Position numbers and translations under genes: made by a program. Below are positions 38,873 to 48,833 of a DNA stretch of 64,000 nucleotides, piece by piece (the stretch's first letter is position 1; every line of letters starts with the position of its first letter). The DNA is taken from IMG/VR virus record IMGVR_UViG_3300042387_002391; one strand, 5' to 3'. This stretch comes from a virus. The notes below the pieces were generated by a model. It was not told the DNA's origin. It did not search any database and was given only the letters and a program-made list of their open reading frames with translations.

Positions 38873-39819
38873 TTTAAAAATATTTCTTCGAAGCGCTTCA
38901 TTACGTTTTTTGGTGAAAATTGTTCAACGATTGTTTTACAATCTGCAGGAGTTATTTTATCATGTCGCTTTTTAAGGTTCGTGAGAATTACATTAAGCTG
39001 GCTTCCGTTCTCATACCAAATTCCTTTATCATTCAACAATTCAATATGATGCTTATCAAGACCACCTTTCCAGCTAATAACAGGCTTTCCTCCATGCAGG
39101 AACTCACAAATTGCAAGACCAAAGCTCTCGCCATGATTTCTTCCGTGAATCATGTAATCACAGGTGTTAATAAAGTTAGATTTATTCTGAAGATTATGTG
39201 TTCCGTTAACATGAATAATATTTGGATGCTCTGGTCCAAACGGTCTTGTGTTCATAAACAAGAAAACAATGTCTTTTTTGATTTGTAAAACGTTATAAAT
39301 TTCTTGGTGAACAAACGAAAGGTCAAATTCGCTTTGGCCACCATATCTTCCGATAACAATATTATCTTTTGGAATATTGAGTGCTTCTCTGTAATTTTCA
39401 CTTGGTTCTGGCAAGGAAACGATGTGAGGCACATAACTACCTTCCATGTTCATTTTGCTTGCTAGCCACTTTGAAACATATGCGTATTTGTCTCCATGAA
39501 TATCTTTATTTTGGAATACTACATGAATCAAATTTTTGGCATTCGGAACAACCTTGCCGTCATTATCTCCAGCTTTAATATAATAAACGCAAACAATATT
39601 TTTATCTTCAACAAATTGATAGCAATCTTTGAAATCTTCATACAAAAACACTTCAAAGCGCTTTTCAAATTTTTTCAAAGTTGCAAGATCTGCCTTCGCA
39701 CTAGAAATAATATAAGATTTATTTCCTAAAATTTCTTCATTGTAATGAGCATAATCATACAAAGCAACTTCTGTTCCTCTTATACCTAATTGATTTGAAT
39801 GGAATGCAATAGTTTTCAT
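38869..39819 (-). CDS. GT-B glycosyltransferase
   Basis: RGTEVALYDYA and GESFGLAICEF..GKPVI motifs. Confidence 0.8.
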   Translation of the reverse strand: MKTIAFHSNQLGIRGTEVALYDYAHYNEEILGNKSYIISSAKADLATLKKFEKRFEVFLYEDFKDCYQFVEDKNIVCVYYIKAGDNDGKVVPNAKNLIHVVFQNKDIHGDKYAYVSKWLASKMNMEGSYVPHIVSLPEPSENYREALNIPKDNIVIGRYGGQSEFDLSFVHQEIYNVLQIKKDIVFLFMNTRPFGPEHPNIIHVNGTHNLQNKSNFINTCDYMIHGRNHGESFGLAICEFLHGGKPVISWKGGLDKHHIELLNDKGIWYENGSQLNVILTNLKKRHDKITPADCKTIVEQFSPKNVMKRFEEIFLK

Positions 39820-40580
39820 TTATAAGATTTAAATTGTTCGTAACCCCCAGATTTAAAAGGTTCTTTGTTCCATTTTTGCATAAGCAAATCACCTTGGTCA
39901 TTCATATTTTTTGGAGTGTACTTCAAACGATCATCCGCAATTCTGTTAGAATGTCCAGAATGATGTGAGACTTTAGAACCAGTAAATACGCCATGTCTCA
40001 GTCCGCAGCGCTCTAGAGACATTACATAATCATTGTCTTGATAGAAGAAGTAGAAGGTTTCATCGAGATATCCAATTTTTTCAAAGACTGACCTTCTGCA
40101 ACAAAATACACAACCAAACATATGGAGGGATACTTCATAACCATAATACAATTTATTTTCAGAAGGCAAAAACATCTTCGTGTGCCGATGCCATTTTCTG
40201 TCTACTGGCGAAATTGAGTGGATGTCTGGGTTGGAGTCAAATTCTTTAACAATATTCTGAATACAATCTTTATGAATTACAAGATCATTATTTGGACCAA
40301 ACACAAACTCTGCTGTGCATTTTTCCAAAGCAAAATTATAAAAACGATTATAATTAAATTTTTCTCCAGGAATAATTAGCTCCACTTTTGGCTGCTGATA
40401 ATCTTTGTTAAAATCTTTATTCGTCTCAACAATATAAATTTTATTGATTAGCTCGTCGGCAGATTCGATGTAAGAATCCACACATTTTTTTGTAGTCTGG
40501 AAAGACTCTTCATCAGCTGCTAAGGAAAGGATAATAACGTCAACTCTATTTTGCATAGACTTCATAAAGGTAGGTTTCAA
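39816..40580 (-). CDS. GT2-family glycosyltransferase
   Basis: PNNDL and GYLDETFYFFYQDND motifs. Confidence 0.8.
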   Translation of the reverse strand: MKPTFMKSMQNRVDVIILSLAADEESFQTTKKCVDSYIESADELINKIYIVETNKDFNKDYQQPKVELIIPGEKFNYNRFYNFALEKCTAEFVFGPNNDLVIHKDCIQNIVKEFDSNPDIHSISPVDRKWHRHTKMFLPSENKLYYGYEVSLHMFGCVFCCRRSVFEKIGYLDETFYFFYQDNDYVMSLERCGLRHGVFTGSKVSHHSGHSNRIADDRLKYTPKNMNDQGDLLMQKWNKEPFKSGGYEQFKSYK

Positions 40581-41328
40581 GGGTTTTAATTACATCGTAC
40601 TGATGAATTACATAAGGTTCTTTGTTGTCAATTTTCACTTTGTTGTCTGAAGTAATTTCTACAGTTGATTTGCCAAAGTGAGCAAGATTGAATATTTCAA
40701 AATTGTTTAAAATATTGTAACGGAAAGCATCAAAGCGAACAACTTTATTAAGGGATGCTTGATCAATATTTGGATAATTTCCAATTCGTGAAATAATCTG
40801 AGTCATATCAGCACACATTTCCTTAAGAAGTTGGAGCGATGAAATTCTATTGCCGAGAATGCTTCCACCATTAAGAACTTCGTATTTTTTCAAAAGATTA
40901 TAAGCATCTTGGTTATAACAAACATTCAGCCAAGTAGAATTAGTTTGACAATTTTGTGTTATAAAGTTTTCGCTTGTAACATACGGCTTTTCATTTTGAA
41001 TTAGTTCAAAAACATTATTTTGAATAAAAACGTCAGTAAAATCGCACAAATAAACATTGGTTGCTTGTGAATAATGTTTGCAATACAAATAAAAGAAAAT
41101 AACTTTTAGTGTATATGGTGAAATGTCCTTATTCACATTATGCCTTTTAACAAGTTCTTGCGTATCAATAAAGCTGACACCAGATTCTGCAATAAAAGCA
41201 TGTAACTCTTCACTAAGATTATTCCCAAGAATAGTTAGTTTGTCACAAAACCTCTTTGCACTATTTACAAATACTTTAATTCCTGGTTGTAGTTTATAAC
41301 CTTGACCAAATACTATAATTTCGTTCAT
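40546..41328 (-). CDS. Putative GT-A glycosyltransferase
   Basis: CDFTDV, LNGG, DQASLN and HQYD motifs. Confidence 0.65.
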   Translation of the reverse strand: MNEIIVFGQGYKLQPGIKVFVNSAKRFCDKLTILGNNLSEELHAFIAESGVSFIDTQELVKRHNVNKDISPYTLKVIFFYLYCKHYSQATNVYLCDFTDVFIQNNVFELIQNEKPYVTSENFITQNCQTNSTWLNVCYNQDAYNLLKKYEVLNGGSILGNRISSLQLLKEMCADMTQIISRIGNYPNIDQASLNKVVRFDAFRYNILNNFEIFNLAHFGKSTVEITSDNKVKIDNKEPYVIHQYDVIKTLETYLYEVYAK

Positions 41329-42176
41329 TTGTTTTTCTTCAGTTGTTTTAAAATTTCAATTACTTGCTCCTGTGTATATTGAGGAGGTTGATTCGGATAA
41401 TATCCATGCTTATTTTTATAGATCTCTCGACCAGCCATTACATCCTTCATCCATTCTGATTTATCTTTTGCAATAGATGAATTTTCGATTGCACCTGGCG
41501 CTTCTTCAATCAACTCATGGCTATCAGCAAGATCAGCAAACCACCAAAACGGAGGATGATAACCTGCTTTGATAATGTAGTTTGTTGAGCTTACGTGCTC
41601 CCAACAATTTTTAAAGTCTTCGCACATATAACCTAGACCTTGCTTCAACAAAGTCTTTGTAAAAAACGAAAACATCGCAACAGTATGCTCGTACAGTGCA
41701 ATTTTACAAACTTTATAATCTACGATTAATTTTGGGTTCGGTTCAGTTTTTTCGTCAAGCAAATGTCTATTATGTAGATCAAAGTCTTTAATAGTTTGTT
41801 TGCGGTTAAATGGAGAACCAGGGCCGTAATTGAAGTGATGTATACCGCTAACCTTATGAGCTTCCACATATTTTTGAAAGATTGCCTTATCTTTAATTAT
41901 CATGTCATCTTCGATAATAAAGATATAATCACAATCTTTATCGAGTAGATGCTTCATTGCTCTGTTTTTAGACTTAGCGACTCCTTGATTAGTTTCATTT
42001 TGCAACCACGTTCCAAAATCTAATTTAAACCCATCGATTGGTTTTCCGTCATTAACAACAACCAGTTCATCAATAACATCTTCACAAGGTGCTAAAGACT
42101 TCAATAAACCCTTCAAATAGCTTATTCTCTCATGGGTTACAATTCCGACGGCAATTTTTTCTTTTTTATCATTCAT
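41325..42176 (-). CDS. GT2-family glycosyltransferase
   Basis: VVVNDG, NQGVAKSKN and IEDD motifs. Confidence 0.8.
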   Translation of the reverse strand: MNDKKEKIAVGIVTHERISYLKGLLKSLAPCEDVIDELVVVNDGKPIDGFKLDFGTWLQNETNQGVAKSKNRAMKHLLDKDCDYIFIIEDDMIIKDKAIFQKYVEAHKVSGIHHFNYGPGSPFNRKQTIKDFDLHNRHLLDEKTEPNPKLIVDYKVCKIALYEHTVAMFSFFTKTLLKQGLGYMCEDFKNCWEHVSSTNYIIKAGYHPPFWWFADLADSHELIEEAPGAIENSSIAKDKSEWMKDVMAGREIYKNKHGYYPNQPPQYTQEQVIEILKQLKKNK

Positions 42177-43233
42177 GAGATGTTTGACATATTTTATATA
42201 ATTCTAAACATTTATCAAGCACTTCTTTTTTAGTGGCTCGTGTTTCTACGTGATCAACAAATTCGTGAAAAGCTGTTTCAATATCAATTGAAAGTTTTTT
42301 AACTTCCTTTGTATCAATTTGAGCATCATCTAAAATATTGAATTCTGTGCGAAATTGGAGAGGACCGTATTGAGTAAGCTTTGTAATAAGCATATCAAGA
42401 GTCAAAGTATCAATCTTTGTATCAACATAGACGCTAACAATATTTCCTTTAACGATACTTGGGAGGTCTTGATATTTCTTCTCTATCAATTCAGAAATTT
42501 TTAGTCGATAATGTTTAGGACTCACTGGATTTTCAACAAACTTTATATCGTTTAAGTCATCAAAGTTGATAATTGAAACTCCTTTTGGTTGACCTCTGTC
42601 TCCAAAATCCATTTCATAAGGAGAACCAAGATACAAAACATAACGATCCTCGTAAATCCTGTGATCTCTGCAATGAAAGTGACCGCTGACAACAGCACAG
42701 ACTTTCTTGAGTAGCTCAGCTGAAGACTCGCCATGATCACAAATCTTCGTTGCGTTCATTTTAAAGTTTGTTATTTCAAAATGACCAAGAAGCATATCTG
42801 CTTGCTCTAACAAGCTTGTATCAGTTTTCCAAGGACAGAACGTAACTTTCTTTTCACCAACTTGGAGGGTAGTTGGTGTAGAATATACATGCACGTTACT
42901 TCTCTCTAAGATTTCTATTGAGTTAATCTCAACAGTTGAAGACAAAAATGCATCATGATTACCAGGAATCATATGAATATCAAACTCTTGCAATTCATCA
43001 AAAAATTTCTTAGCAACATGCAGAGTATTGACACCAATCTCGTGTCGATCATGAAAGACATCTCCTCCAAAGAAGATTGTGTCTAGCTTATGATCTTTCA
43101 TCACACTCTTAATCCACTGAGCAATACCAAGAGCAGTATTATGCCAGGTCTGAGAGTTTTGATGCACTCCCAAATGCAAGTCAGAAAAGAAAAGAACCTT
43201 ATTATTTCTAGGATTAATCTTCAAAGTATCCAT
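42169..43233 (-). CDS. gp47: Mre11/SbcD-like recombination nuclease (gp47)
   Basis: SDLHLG, GDVFHDR, GNHD and SGHFH motifs. Confidence 0.95.
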   Translation of the reverse strand: MDTLKINPRNNKVLFFSDLHLGVHQNSQTWHNTALGIAQWIKSVMKDHKLDTIFFGGDVFHDRHEIGVNTLHVAKKFFDELQEFDIHMIPGNHDAFLSSTVEINSIEILERSNVHVYSTPTTLQVGEKKVTFCPWKTDTSLLEQADMLLGHFEITNFKMNATKICDHGESSAELLKKVCAVVSGHFHCRDHRIYEDRYVLYLGSPYEMDFGDRGQPKGVSIINFDDLNDIKFVENPVSPKHYRLKISELIEKKYQDLPSIVKGNIVSVYVDTKIDTLTLDMLITKLTQYGPLQFRTEFNILDDAQIDTKEVKKLSIDIETAFHEFVDHVETRATKKEVLDKCLELYKICQTSHE

Positions 43234-43702
43234 TTTGTGTATAATCTTCGCTCATTGCATTGTGAGTATTTTTCCGACAGGGAATTTCTCCGCTACATAC
43301 ATGACTCTCATAAACGTCTTCTTGATATCTTTTGAGTGTTTCAAAATCTCGCTTATGCTTTTTAATACAATTCTGAAAAGCATGGTAAGCAACTTTCGTA
43401 AAATATGAAAAAGGATTGTAACCAGAATTGCATTTAAAACGCTTCCTGCGGAGAGCTGTCATCATCTTCACGATTGCATCTCCTTGCATTTCCGTTTTAA
43501 AAGAATATGAATAAAAGTTTCGAGCAAGTCCCAAACGAACAGCAATCATCTGAACCATGGCAGCCAAGCTTTCAGACAAAACATCTGTATCATAATACTC
43601 TTGAATCTGCCTTTCCATTTCTACTGGATCGATATAAACATCCTTTAGTTCTTCTTTGGTTCTTCTTACTCTTTTAATTGGTACAATTTTTTCATCTTTC
43701 AT
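43214..43702 (-). CDS. gp55: Late-transcription sigma factor (gp55)
   Basis: NFYSYSFKTEMQGDA and NPFSYFTKVAYHAF motifs. Confidence 0.9.
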   Translation of the reverse strand: MKDEKIVPIKRVRRTKEELKDVYIDPVEMERQIQEYYDTDVLSESLAAMVQMIAVRLGLARNFYSYSFKTEMQGDAIVKMMTALRRKRFKCNSGYNPFSYFTKVAYHAFQNCIKKHKRDFETLKRYQEDVYESHVCSGEIPCRKNTHNAMSEDYTQNGYFED

Positions 43703-43714
43703 AACGGTTTGGAG

Positions 43715-43742
43715 ATTATAGGTTAAGGATTTTATTTTTCAA
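43715..43742 (-). promoter_or_regulatory. Sigma70-type promoter TTGAAA-N16-TATAAT
   Basis: Upstream of gp55. Confidence 0.75.
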
Positions 43743-45174
43743 CTAATTGATTCAAAATTAATGGAATTTTTTCTGATTCATATAGTCTTTTTCTTTCTTC
43801 AAAGTGTTTGTAACCATATGTTAAGCAAGTATCAGCAATATCAAAAATTGTTGCCATTTCTTTTGTGTGGTGTAAGCGCAAGCTACGACCAATTGACTGA
43901 ATGATTTTAATACGAGCTTTTCCAATAGAAGCAAAAATAATATTATGTAAATTTTTAATTGAAATACCGGTAGAAAAGATTTTAGAAATTGCTATACAAA
44001 CAACTCCACTCGTTGTTTCCATAATTTGCTTAATTTTCTCTCGCTCTTCAACTTCTACAGAACCTTGCACAAAAAATACTTGTCTTTCTGTTTTATCTTT
44101 TAAGTATTCAAGAAGATGTTCGCCATGCACAATTCTATCGACAAGAACAAGGGTATTGGTTTCGAGATTATTAACGAGTTTTGTAATAACGGAATTTCTA
44201 TACTCATTTGTGTGAAGCCAAGTAGTTTCTTCTTCATAACCAGCTGTCGGATTTGACATTGAAGGAGTTGTAAACTTTGGAATATTTTTGTATTTTAGTT
44301 CCAAACCAACAACACGAACTTTTGAAATAAATTGGTCTTGTCGGAGATCGATAGATTTTTTCCTATAAAGAATTGATCCAAATATTCTATTGATTGACCA
44401 AATGTCATATTTATTTTCTGGCAAAGAACCTGTGAAACCAAACTTGTGCTTGCATTTAAGATCTTTTATAAGTTTTGATATCTTCTCTGCCGAAAAATAT
44501 TTGTGGCATTCATCCGCTATAACCACATCAAAATTAGCTAAAACGCTCTGGTCTTGCTTCTTTGAAAGAAGAATTTGATTGTTAGCTACAACAATTTTTG
44601 TATTTTGAAATTCGTGACTTCCGGTCCACTTTGAAACCAAACTCGGATCAATACCATAATCTAAAAAATCTTGAAAAGTTTGTTGCACAAGTTGAATGTC
44701 TGGAACGAGAACGAGAATATTGTAATCTTTATTCTTAAGAATTGTGCTTGCCATTAAGGCAATGACAAGTGTCTTTCCAGCAGATGTCGGAAGAACAATC
44801 AACCCTCGTCCTTTTTGCAAGGCAATTGTTGCTGATTCAATCTGATAATCTCTCGGAGTTAGATTTAGTTCAATTGGAACATCTCCAAGCGAATCAATTT
44901 TTGTCGCATCAAGAAACGACTGAGAAGCTTTTAACTTTAAAGAAGGAAATTTAAATTTAATCTCAGAACAAATTTCTTCAAAAAAAGGAGCATCAAAGTT
45001 ACCTTTATTTGTTATTGCATACTTTCTTACTGGCATGTTTCTACCAGTCCTTCTCTTAACAAATAACAGAGCCTTGTCTTCAACGGAAAAATGTTCTCTG
45101 ATTTGACTCAAATACTCAGAAACAATCTGAGGCTTTCTAGCAACTGAATCATAATCAAATAAAACTTCTTTCAT
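43732..45174 (-). CDS. uvsW: UvsW SF2 helicase
   Basis: PRDYQ, PTSAGKT, DECH, GFTGS and QSIGRSLR motifs. Confidence 0.93.
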   Translation of the reverse strand: MKEVLFDYDSVARKPQIVSEYLSQIREHFSVEDKALLFVKRRTGRNMPVRKYAITNKGNFDAPFFEEICSEIKFKFPSLKLKASQSFLDATKIDSLGDVPIELNLTPRDYQIESATIALQKGRGLIVLPTSAGKTLVIALMASTILKNKDYNILVLVPDIQLVQQTFQDFLDYGIDPSLVSKWTGSHEFQNTKIVVANNQILLSKKQDQSVLANFDVVIADECHKYFSAEKISKLIKDLKCKHKFGFTGSLPENKYDIWSINRIFGSILYRKKSIDLRQDQFISKVRVVGLELKYKNIPKFTTPSMSNPTAGYEEETTWLHTNEYRNSVITKLVNNLETNTLVLVDRIVHGEHLLEYLKDKTERQVFFVQGSVEVEEREKIKQIMETTSGVVCIAISKIFSTGISIKNLHNIIFASIGKARIKIIQSIGRSLRLHHTKEMATIFDIADTCLTYGYKHFEERKRLYESEKIPLILNQLVEK

Positions 45175-46378
45175 CTTTAATTTTTTCTAAAATTTGATCT
45201 GCCGTAAAATTTTCAAGAACCATCTCTTGTAAGCTTGCAACAGTTATATTTGATTTAATTTTAAAGCCTTCTAAAGATTTGTCAAACGACGGGAAGAAAC
45301 TTTTTAAGAATAATTGCAAAATTTCTTGATTAACATAATCAATATTAATTTTCAAATCGAATCTACCTGGTCTCAAAAGCGCTGAATCGAGCTTGTCAAT
45401 GTGATTTGTTGTTGCAATTAAGATTCTTCCATCAACTCCTGCAAAACCATCAAGAGCATTTAAAATTTCCGACAAGCCTGCCATGCCAAGTTCGTTCTTC
45501 AGTGTATTTTTAGTTGCTTTGACAATATTTTCTTCAAATTCATCATCTTTTCTTGAATGAGTGAATGTCTGACAATCAATATCCTCAATAACGACAACGC
45601 ATTTTTCAGTTAGCTTTTCGAATGCGTCTTCGATCTTTAAAAAAGCGCTAGTTGGAATATAATAAATTGGATAACTGAAGTGAGAAGCAATTGCTTTAAT
45701 ATAACTAGTTTTTCCAGTTCCTGGAGGTCCGTAAAGCATAATACCAAGTTGATGTGGAATTCCTTTTTCGAGATACCACTTCTCTTCTTTGATAAACGAA
45801 CTTATTCTATCAACAACCAGATCCTTTTTCTGTTGTTCTATAAAAATTGAATCAAGGCTCCTTTTGCTAACATCTTTAATCCAACTCCAATCTCCGCTGT
45901 ATTTGAACATCTTTATCTTGTTCTGCAAGTCATGTTGCTTTTCAATTTCTTCAAGCAATCTTTCAAAAACTTTCTTTGATCTTCCAAACTTTGTAATAAC
46001 AACAGTTTCTTTATCTCTGTCAGTCTGATTAGCTGGCTCCTTATCAAGAAGCACCATCAAAGGAGTCTTTTCAAACCAAACAATGTGCCATCCGTAACCA
46101 ACCGAAAAGACGCTGCCTTCAGATCCCCAGCGGCCATTTGAAATCTTCCACTGTCGAAAGTTTTTGTTCCTATAATTTGTTTCAATCCATTTTAAAAAGT
46201 TATAAAAGCTGTCATGCTGGCTCGTTATAGTCACGGACGTAGTTAGTTCTCTTTTCAAGAAATTAACAAACTTCCCGGGAACATCTTTTAACCAAAATGA
46301 AATAATGCCAGCACTTCCTAAACCCAAACCGGTCTGAAGAATGTGATTGTTAGCAATTATTTCAGTCAAGAAACTCAT
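45155..46378 (-). CDS. BCS1-like AAA+ ATPase with hydrophobic N-terminus
   Basis: WYLEKGIPH, GPPGTGKTS, IEDID, LNALDG and TTNH..LDSALLRPGRFD motifs. Confidence 0.85.
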   Translation of the reverse strand: MSFLTEIIANNHILQTGLGLGSAGIISFWLKDVPGKFVNFLKRELTTSVTITSQHDSFYNFLKWIETNYRNKNFRQWKISNGRWGSEGSVFSVGYGWHIVWFEKTPLMVLLDKEPANQTDRDKETVVITKFGRSKKVFERLLEEIEKQHDLQNKIKMFKYSGDWSWIKDVSKRSLDSIFIEQQKKDLVVDRISSFIKEEKWYLEKGIPHQLGIMLYGPPGTGKTSYIKAIASHFSYPIYYIPTSAFLKIEDAFEKLTEKCVVVIEDIDCQTFTHSRKDDEFEENIVKATKNTLKNELGMAGLSEILNALDGFAGVDGRILIATTNHIDKLDSALLRPGRFDLKINIDYVNQEILQLFLKSFFPSFDKSLEGFKIKSNITVASLQEMVLENFTADQILEKIKDERSFI

Positions 46379-46788
46379 GTTGTTTCAAGAATTATAATCT
46401 TTGATAAATTATTCATACCAAATTGTGCATCTCGCAAATTCATTTCTACCTTTGAGAGATACTCAACAAGAAATTCATTGTTAGCAATTTCTTCATCAAT
46501 TCTCACAATGGCTTCATGAGAAGCAATTGAATCGGAAATCGTTTTTGCATTCAGACCAACAGGAGATTCATGCTCAATCTTTTGACGGAGTTTCTTGCAA
46601 GCGGATTCCTTGAGTTTTTTATAGCGTCCAATCTCTTGTTTATGGAACATTAGACGGCCAACCCAATAGTGCCTAACAGAAGCCAGGGTCATCTGAGCGT
46701 CTTTCAAATTGAGTTCATCAAACTTTAGAAACTCAGCAATTTTTTCGTGATATTCGAGAAATAGGTCAGCAGAAGATTTTTCAGACAT
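46375..46788 (-). CDS. uvsY: Recombination mediator UvsY-like protein
   Basis: 137-aa helical protein upstream of uvsW; size and synteny match T4 uvsY. Confidence 0.65.
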   Translation of the reverse strand: MSEKSSADLFLEYHEKIAEFLKFDELNLKDAQMTLASVRHYWVGRLMFHKQEIGRYKKLKESACKKLRQKIEHESPVGLNAKTISDSIASHEAIVRIDEEIANNEFLVEYLSKVEMNLRDAQFGMNNLSKIIILETT

Positions 46789-47419
46789 AAAAATAGGCTA
46801 GATTGAATTGTTGATTGGAATTTTCGTCAACATAATAATTTTTAAAGCGTGGAAATATACCTTCGATCATTTTTACAAAAAAATTTAATTTTCTTTGTTC
46901 GCTTTTCAAAATGTGGAAGTAAAGAATATCAGGAAACCTTTCGTTTCTTTCGTGAAGGCTTGTTACAATAGCGTCTTTAATGCTTTGTATAACTGAGTAA
47001 GCGTAATTTCCGAGTTTATTTGTCGTTTTTATTTCGTCTTGAGAATCTTTAAAGTTTATGGTAATAATTGGGTGTTCGGTTTCATCAACAGCTTTTTGTA
47101 AGCCAGCTAGAATACGTCTATCTTCAAAATTCGTAAAAAGAGTGCTCAACAAATCTTTATATACATGCTGCTTATCATAAAAGCTTACGCTTAACTCAAA
47201 AGACATACCATTAGTTGCAATTACTTCATACAAATCAGTATTTGCGTTCGAATCCACTTTTTCAAAAGACTCGTACAGCGGATACAAACTTTGCTTACAA
47301 ATAATAAAAACATCCCAAAAGCGCTCCCAGTTAAAATTATCTACATTTTCAATCAGCAAATAATCATAGTCAGGAGCCTTTGTAGACTCATAAACAAGTT
47401 CTAAAATTCTATCACTCAT
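46781..47419 (-). CDS. Hypothetical protein
   Basis: 212-aa ORF. Confidence 0.6.
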   Translation of the reverse strand: MSDRILELVYESTKAPDYDYLLIENVDNFNWERFWDVFIICKQSLYPLYESFEKVDSNANTDLYEVIATNGMSFELSVSFYDKQHVYKDLLSTLFTNFEDRRILAGLQKAVDETEHPIITINFKDSQDEIKTTNKLGNYAYSVIQSIKDAIVTSLHERNERFPDILYFHILKSEQRKLNFFVKMIEGIFPRFKNYYVDENSNQQFNLAYFYV

Positions 47420-47770
47420 CTAGTGAAGTTTAGAAACATTCAAAATGCGATCAACAACTTTATAAATACTTGTAGCAGCTCTCTTCAAATGAGCTTCAGA
47501 AAGTATGCTAAAACTGTCAACTTCAGTCCTTTCTAAAACATAAGGAGCAACTGCAAGAATAAGATTATTTCTCATTAAAGGATTATTTACAGAAGAAGGA
47601 GTTTGTCTGCAAGAATTATTTGTTGAAGCATTCGAAAGCTCGTTTTTTAAACTTTTATTTTCTGATTCAAGAAGAGTATTTTCAGTCTCAAGAGCATCAA
47701 TATGTCCTTCAAGAGATTTAATTGTTCCGATTAGTTTATTAATGCATTCTGTAATTTCTGATGTTTCCAT
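47420..47770 (-). CDS. Hypothetical coiled-coil protein (start METSEI)
   Basis: TTGAAA-N16-TATTAT-N6-ATG at 47777-47804. Confidence 0.6.
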   Translation of the reverse strand: METSEITECINKLIGTIKSLEGHIDALETENTLLESENKSLKNELSNASTNNSCRQTPSSVNNPLMRNNLILAVAPYVLERTEVDSFSILSEAHLKRAATSIYKVVDRILNVSKLH

Positions 47771-47894
47771 AAAGAAATAATAAAACAAAAATTAAGAATT
47801 TCAACAAAAATAACTTCAAACACAAACTTCAAAATTTTACATATATAAATTATATAACTTATAAGAAGGAATTATTAATAATCTCCTCAATTCA

Positions 47895-48181
47895 GATCGA
47901 AGGAGGGAGGTCCCCCATTGCTGGAAAACCTCCCTTCTTAAAAATTGTACTCCTTCAAACGAGTCTCAGTCGGGTTCGCAAACTCCAGATAGTCTTTCTC
48001 TATCAAGCTCCCTCGGTTGTCCTGTAAGAGCATTTTGTTTGAGTGGTCCTAGCTTTCGCTAGACAACGGTCACGCAATAGCGCACTTCGAGATGTGTTTT
48101 TAATTTATGAATCGCTGATCCTTGTTGTTTATCTCACTACTGAGACCCGCTATAACGCTTTGGCTAGGGCTAACAGACGAT
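47895..48181 (-). ncRNA. Putative ~290-nt structured non-coding RNA (unassigned)
   Basis: GC-rich intergenic island; long-range stem CGGGTCTCAGT/ACTGAGACTCG; GNRA-capped hairpins; G-U pairs form only on the minus strand; TTGACT-N16-GACGTT upstream. Confidence 0.65.
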
Positions 48182-48235
48182 GAAAGAAACGTCGAACAGT
48201 TATTGTAAAAGTCAACCAATTTGATAAATACTTTC

Positions 48236-48469
48236 ATGGAATTTCAAAAAATAGTCGAAGAGCTTCTACAGGAAGACATGACAGCTGGAGGAGAAGGTTC
48301 TTCTTTTGGTCCGGGAGTTGTGAATACTGCTGATCAATTTAGTAGTGACTCTTATGCTCCAGGAGATGCTCGCACCCCTTCGAGTATTTTTGGAGGAGCT
48401 GTTCTTACAAGAGGTGGTCTGAAAAAAACCAAAAAGAAAAAATTAAAAAAGAAATCCCGTAAGAAGTAA
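48236..48469 (+). CDS. Small protein with basic tail and MEFQKIVEELL leader
   Basis: GATAAATA-N5-ATG; YAPGDAR motif; poly-Lys tail. Confidence 0.65.
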   Translation: MEFQKIVEELLQEDMTAGGEGSSFGPGVVNTADQFSSDSYAPGDARTPSSIFGGAVLTRGGLKKTKKKKLKKKSRKK

Positions 48470-48470
48470 T

Positions 48471-48833
48471 ATGGAATTTCAAAAAATAGTCGAAGAGCTG
48501 TTAGATGAAAATGTTGCTCTGGGTGGGGATGACAAAAAGAAGGGAATTATTGCAGCAAATTTTACAACAAAGACAGGTCTCTATGCTTCTGCACAAACCG
48601 GAACTTCTGCTGGTGTGCTTGCTCCTCAATTTCAAACTGCTTCTAGCGGAGGTTCGAAGAGCTCTGGTGAACAATCTAATATCGGAGCGGAAGAGGATAC
48701 ATCAGCAACAAGAAAGTCAAATTATCGAAAGAATTCTTCCAAAGGCTGTAGAGGTAGCACAAAAAATAATTCAAAGGGAAGTAAAGGAACGGTTATCAAA
48801 TATAAGCCGATAGATTTTGGAGGTAAATTGTAA
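48471..48833 (+). CDS. Low-complexity protein with duplicated MEFQKIVEELL leader
   Basis: First 29 nt identical to 48236-48264. Confidence 0.6.
   Translation: MEFQKIVEELLDENVALGGDDKKKGIIAANFTTKTGLYASAQTGTSAGVLAPQFQTASSGGSKSSGEQSNIGAEEDTSATRKSNYRKNSSKGCRGSTKNNSKGSKGTVIKYKPIDFGGKL

Noticed and set aside
47895-48181. tmRNA, RNase P RNA, tRNA or group I/II intron
   Set aside because: No tRNA-like acceptor/T-arm with CCA end, no GAGGAAAGUCC, no domain V; AGACTA has no downstream TAGTC partner
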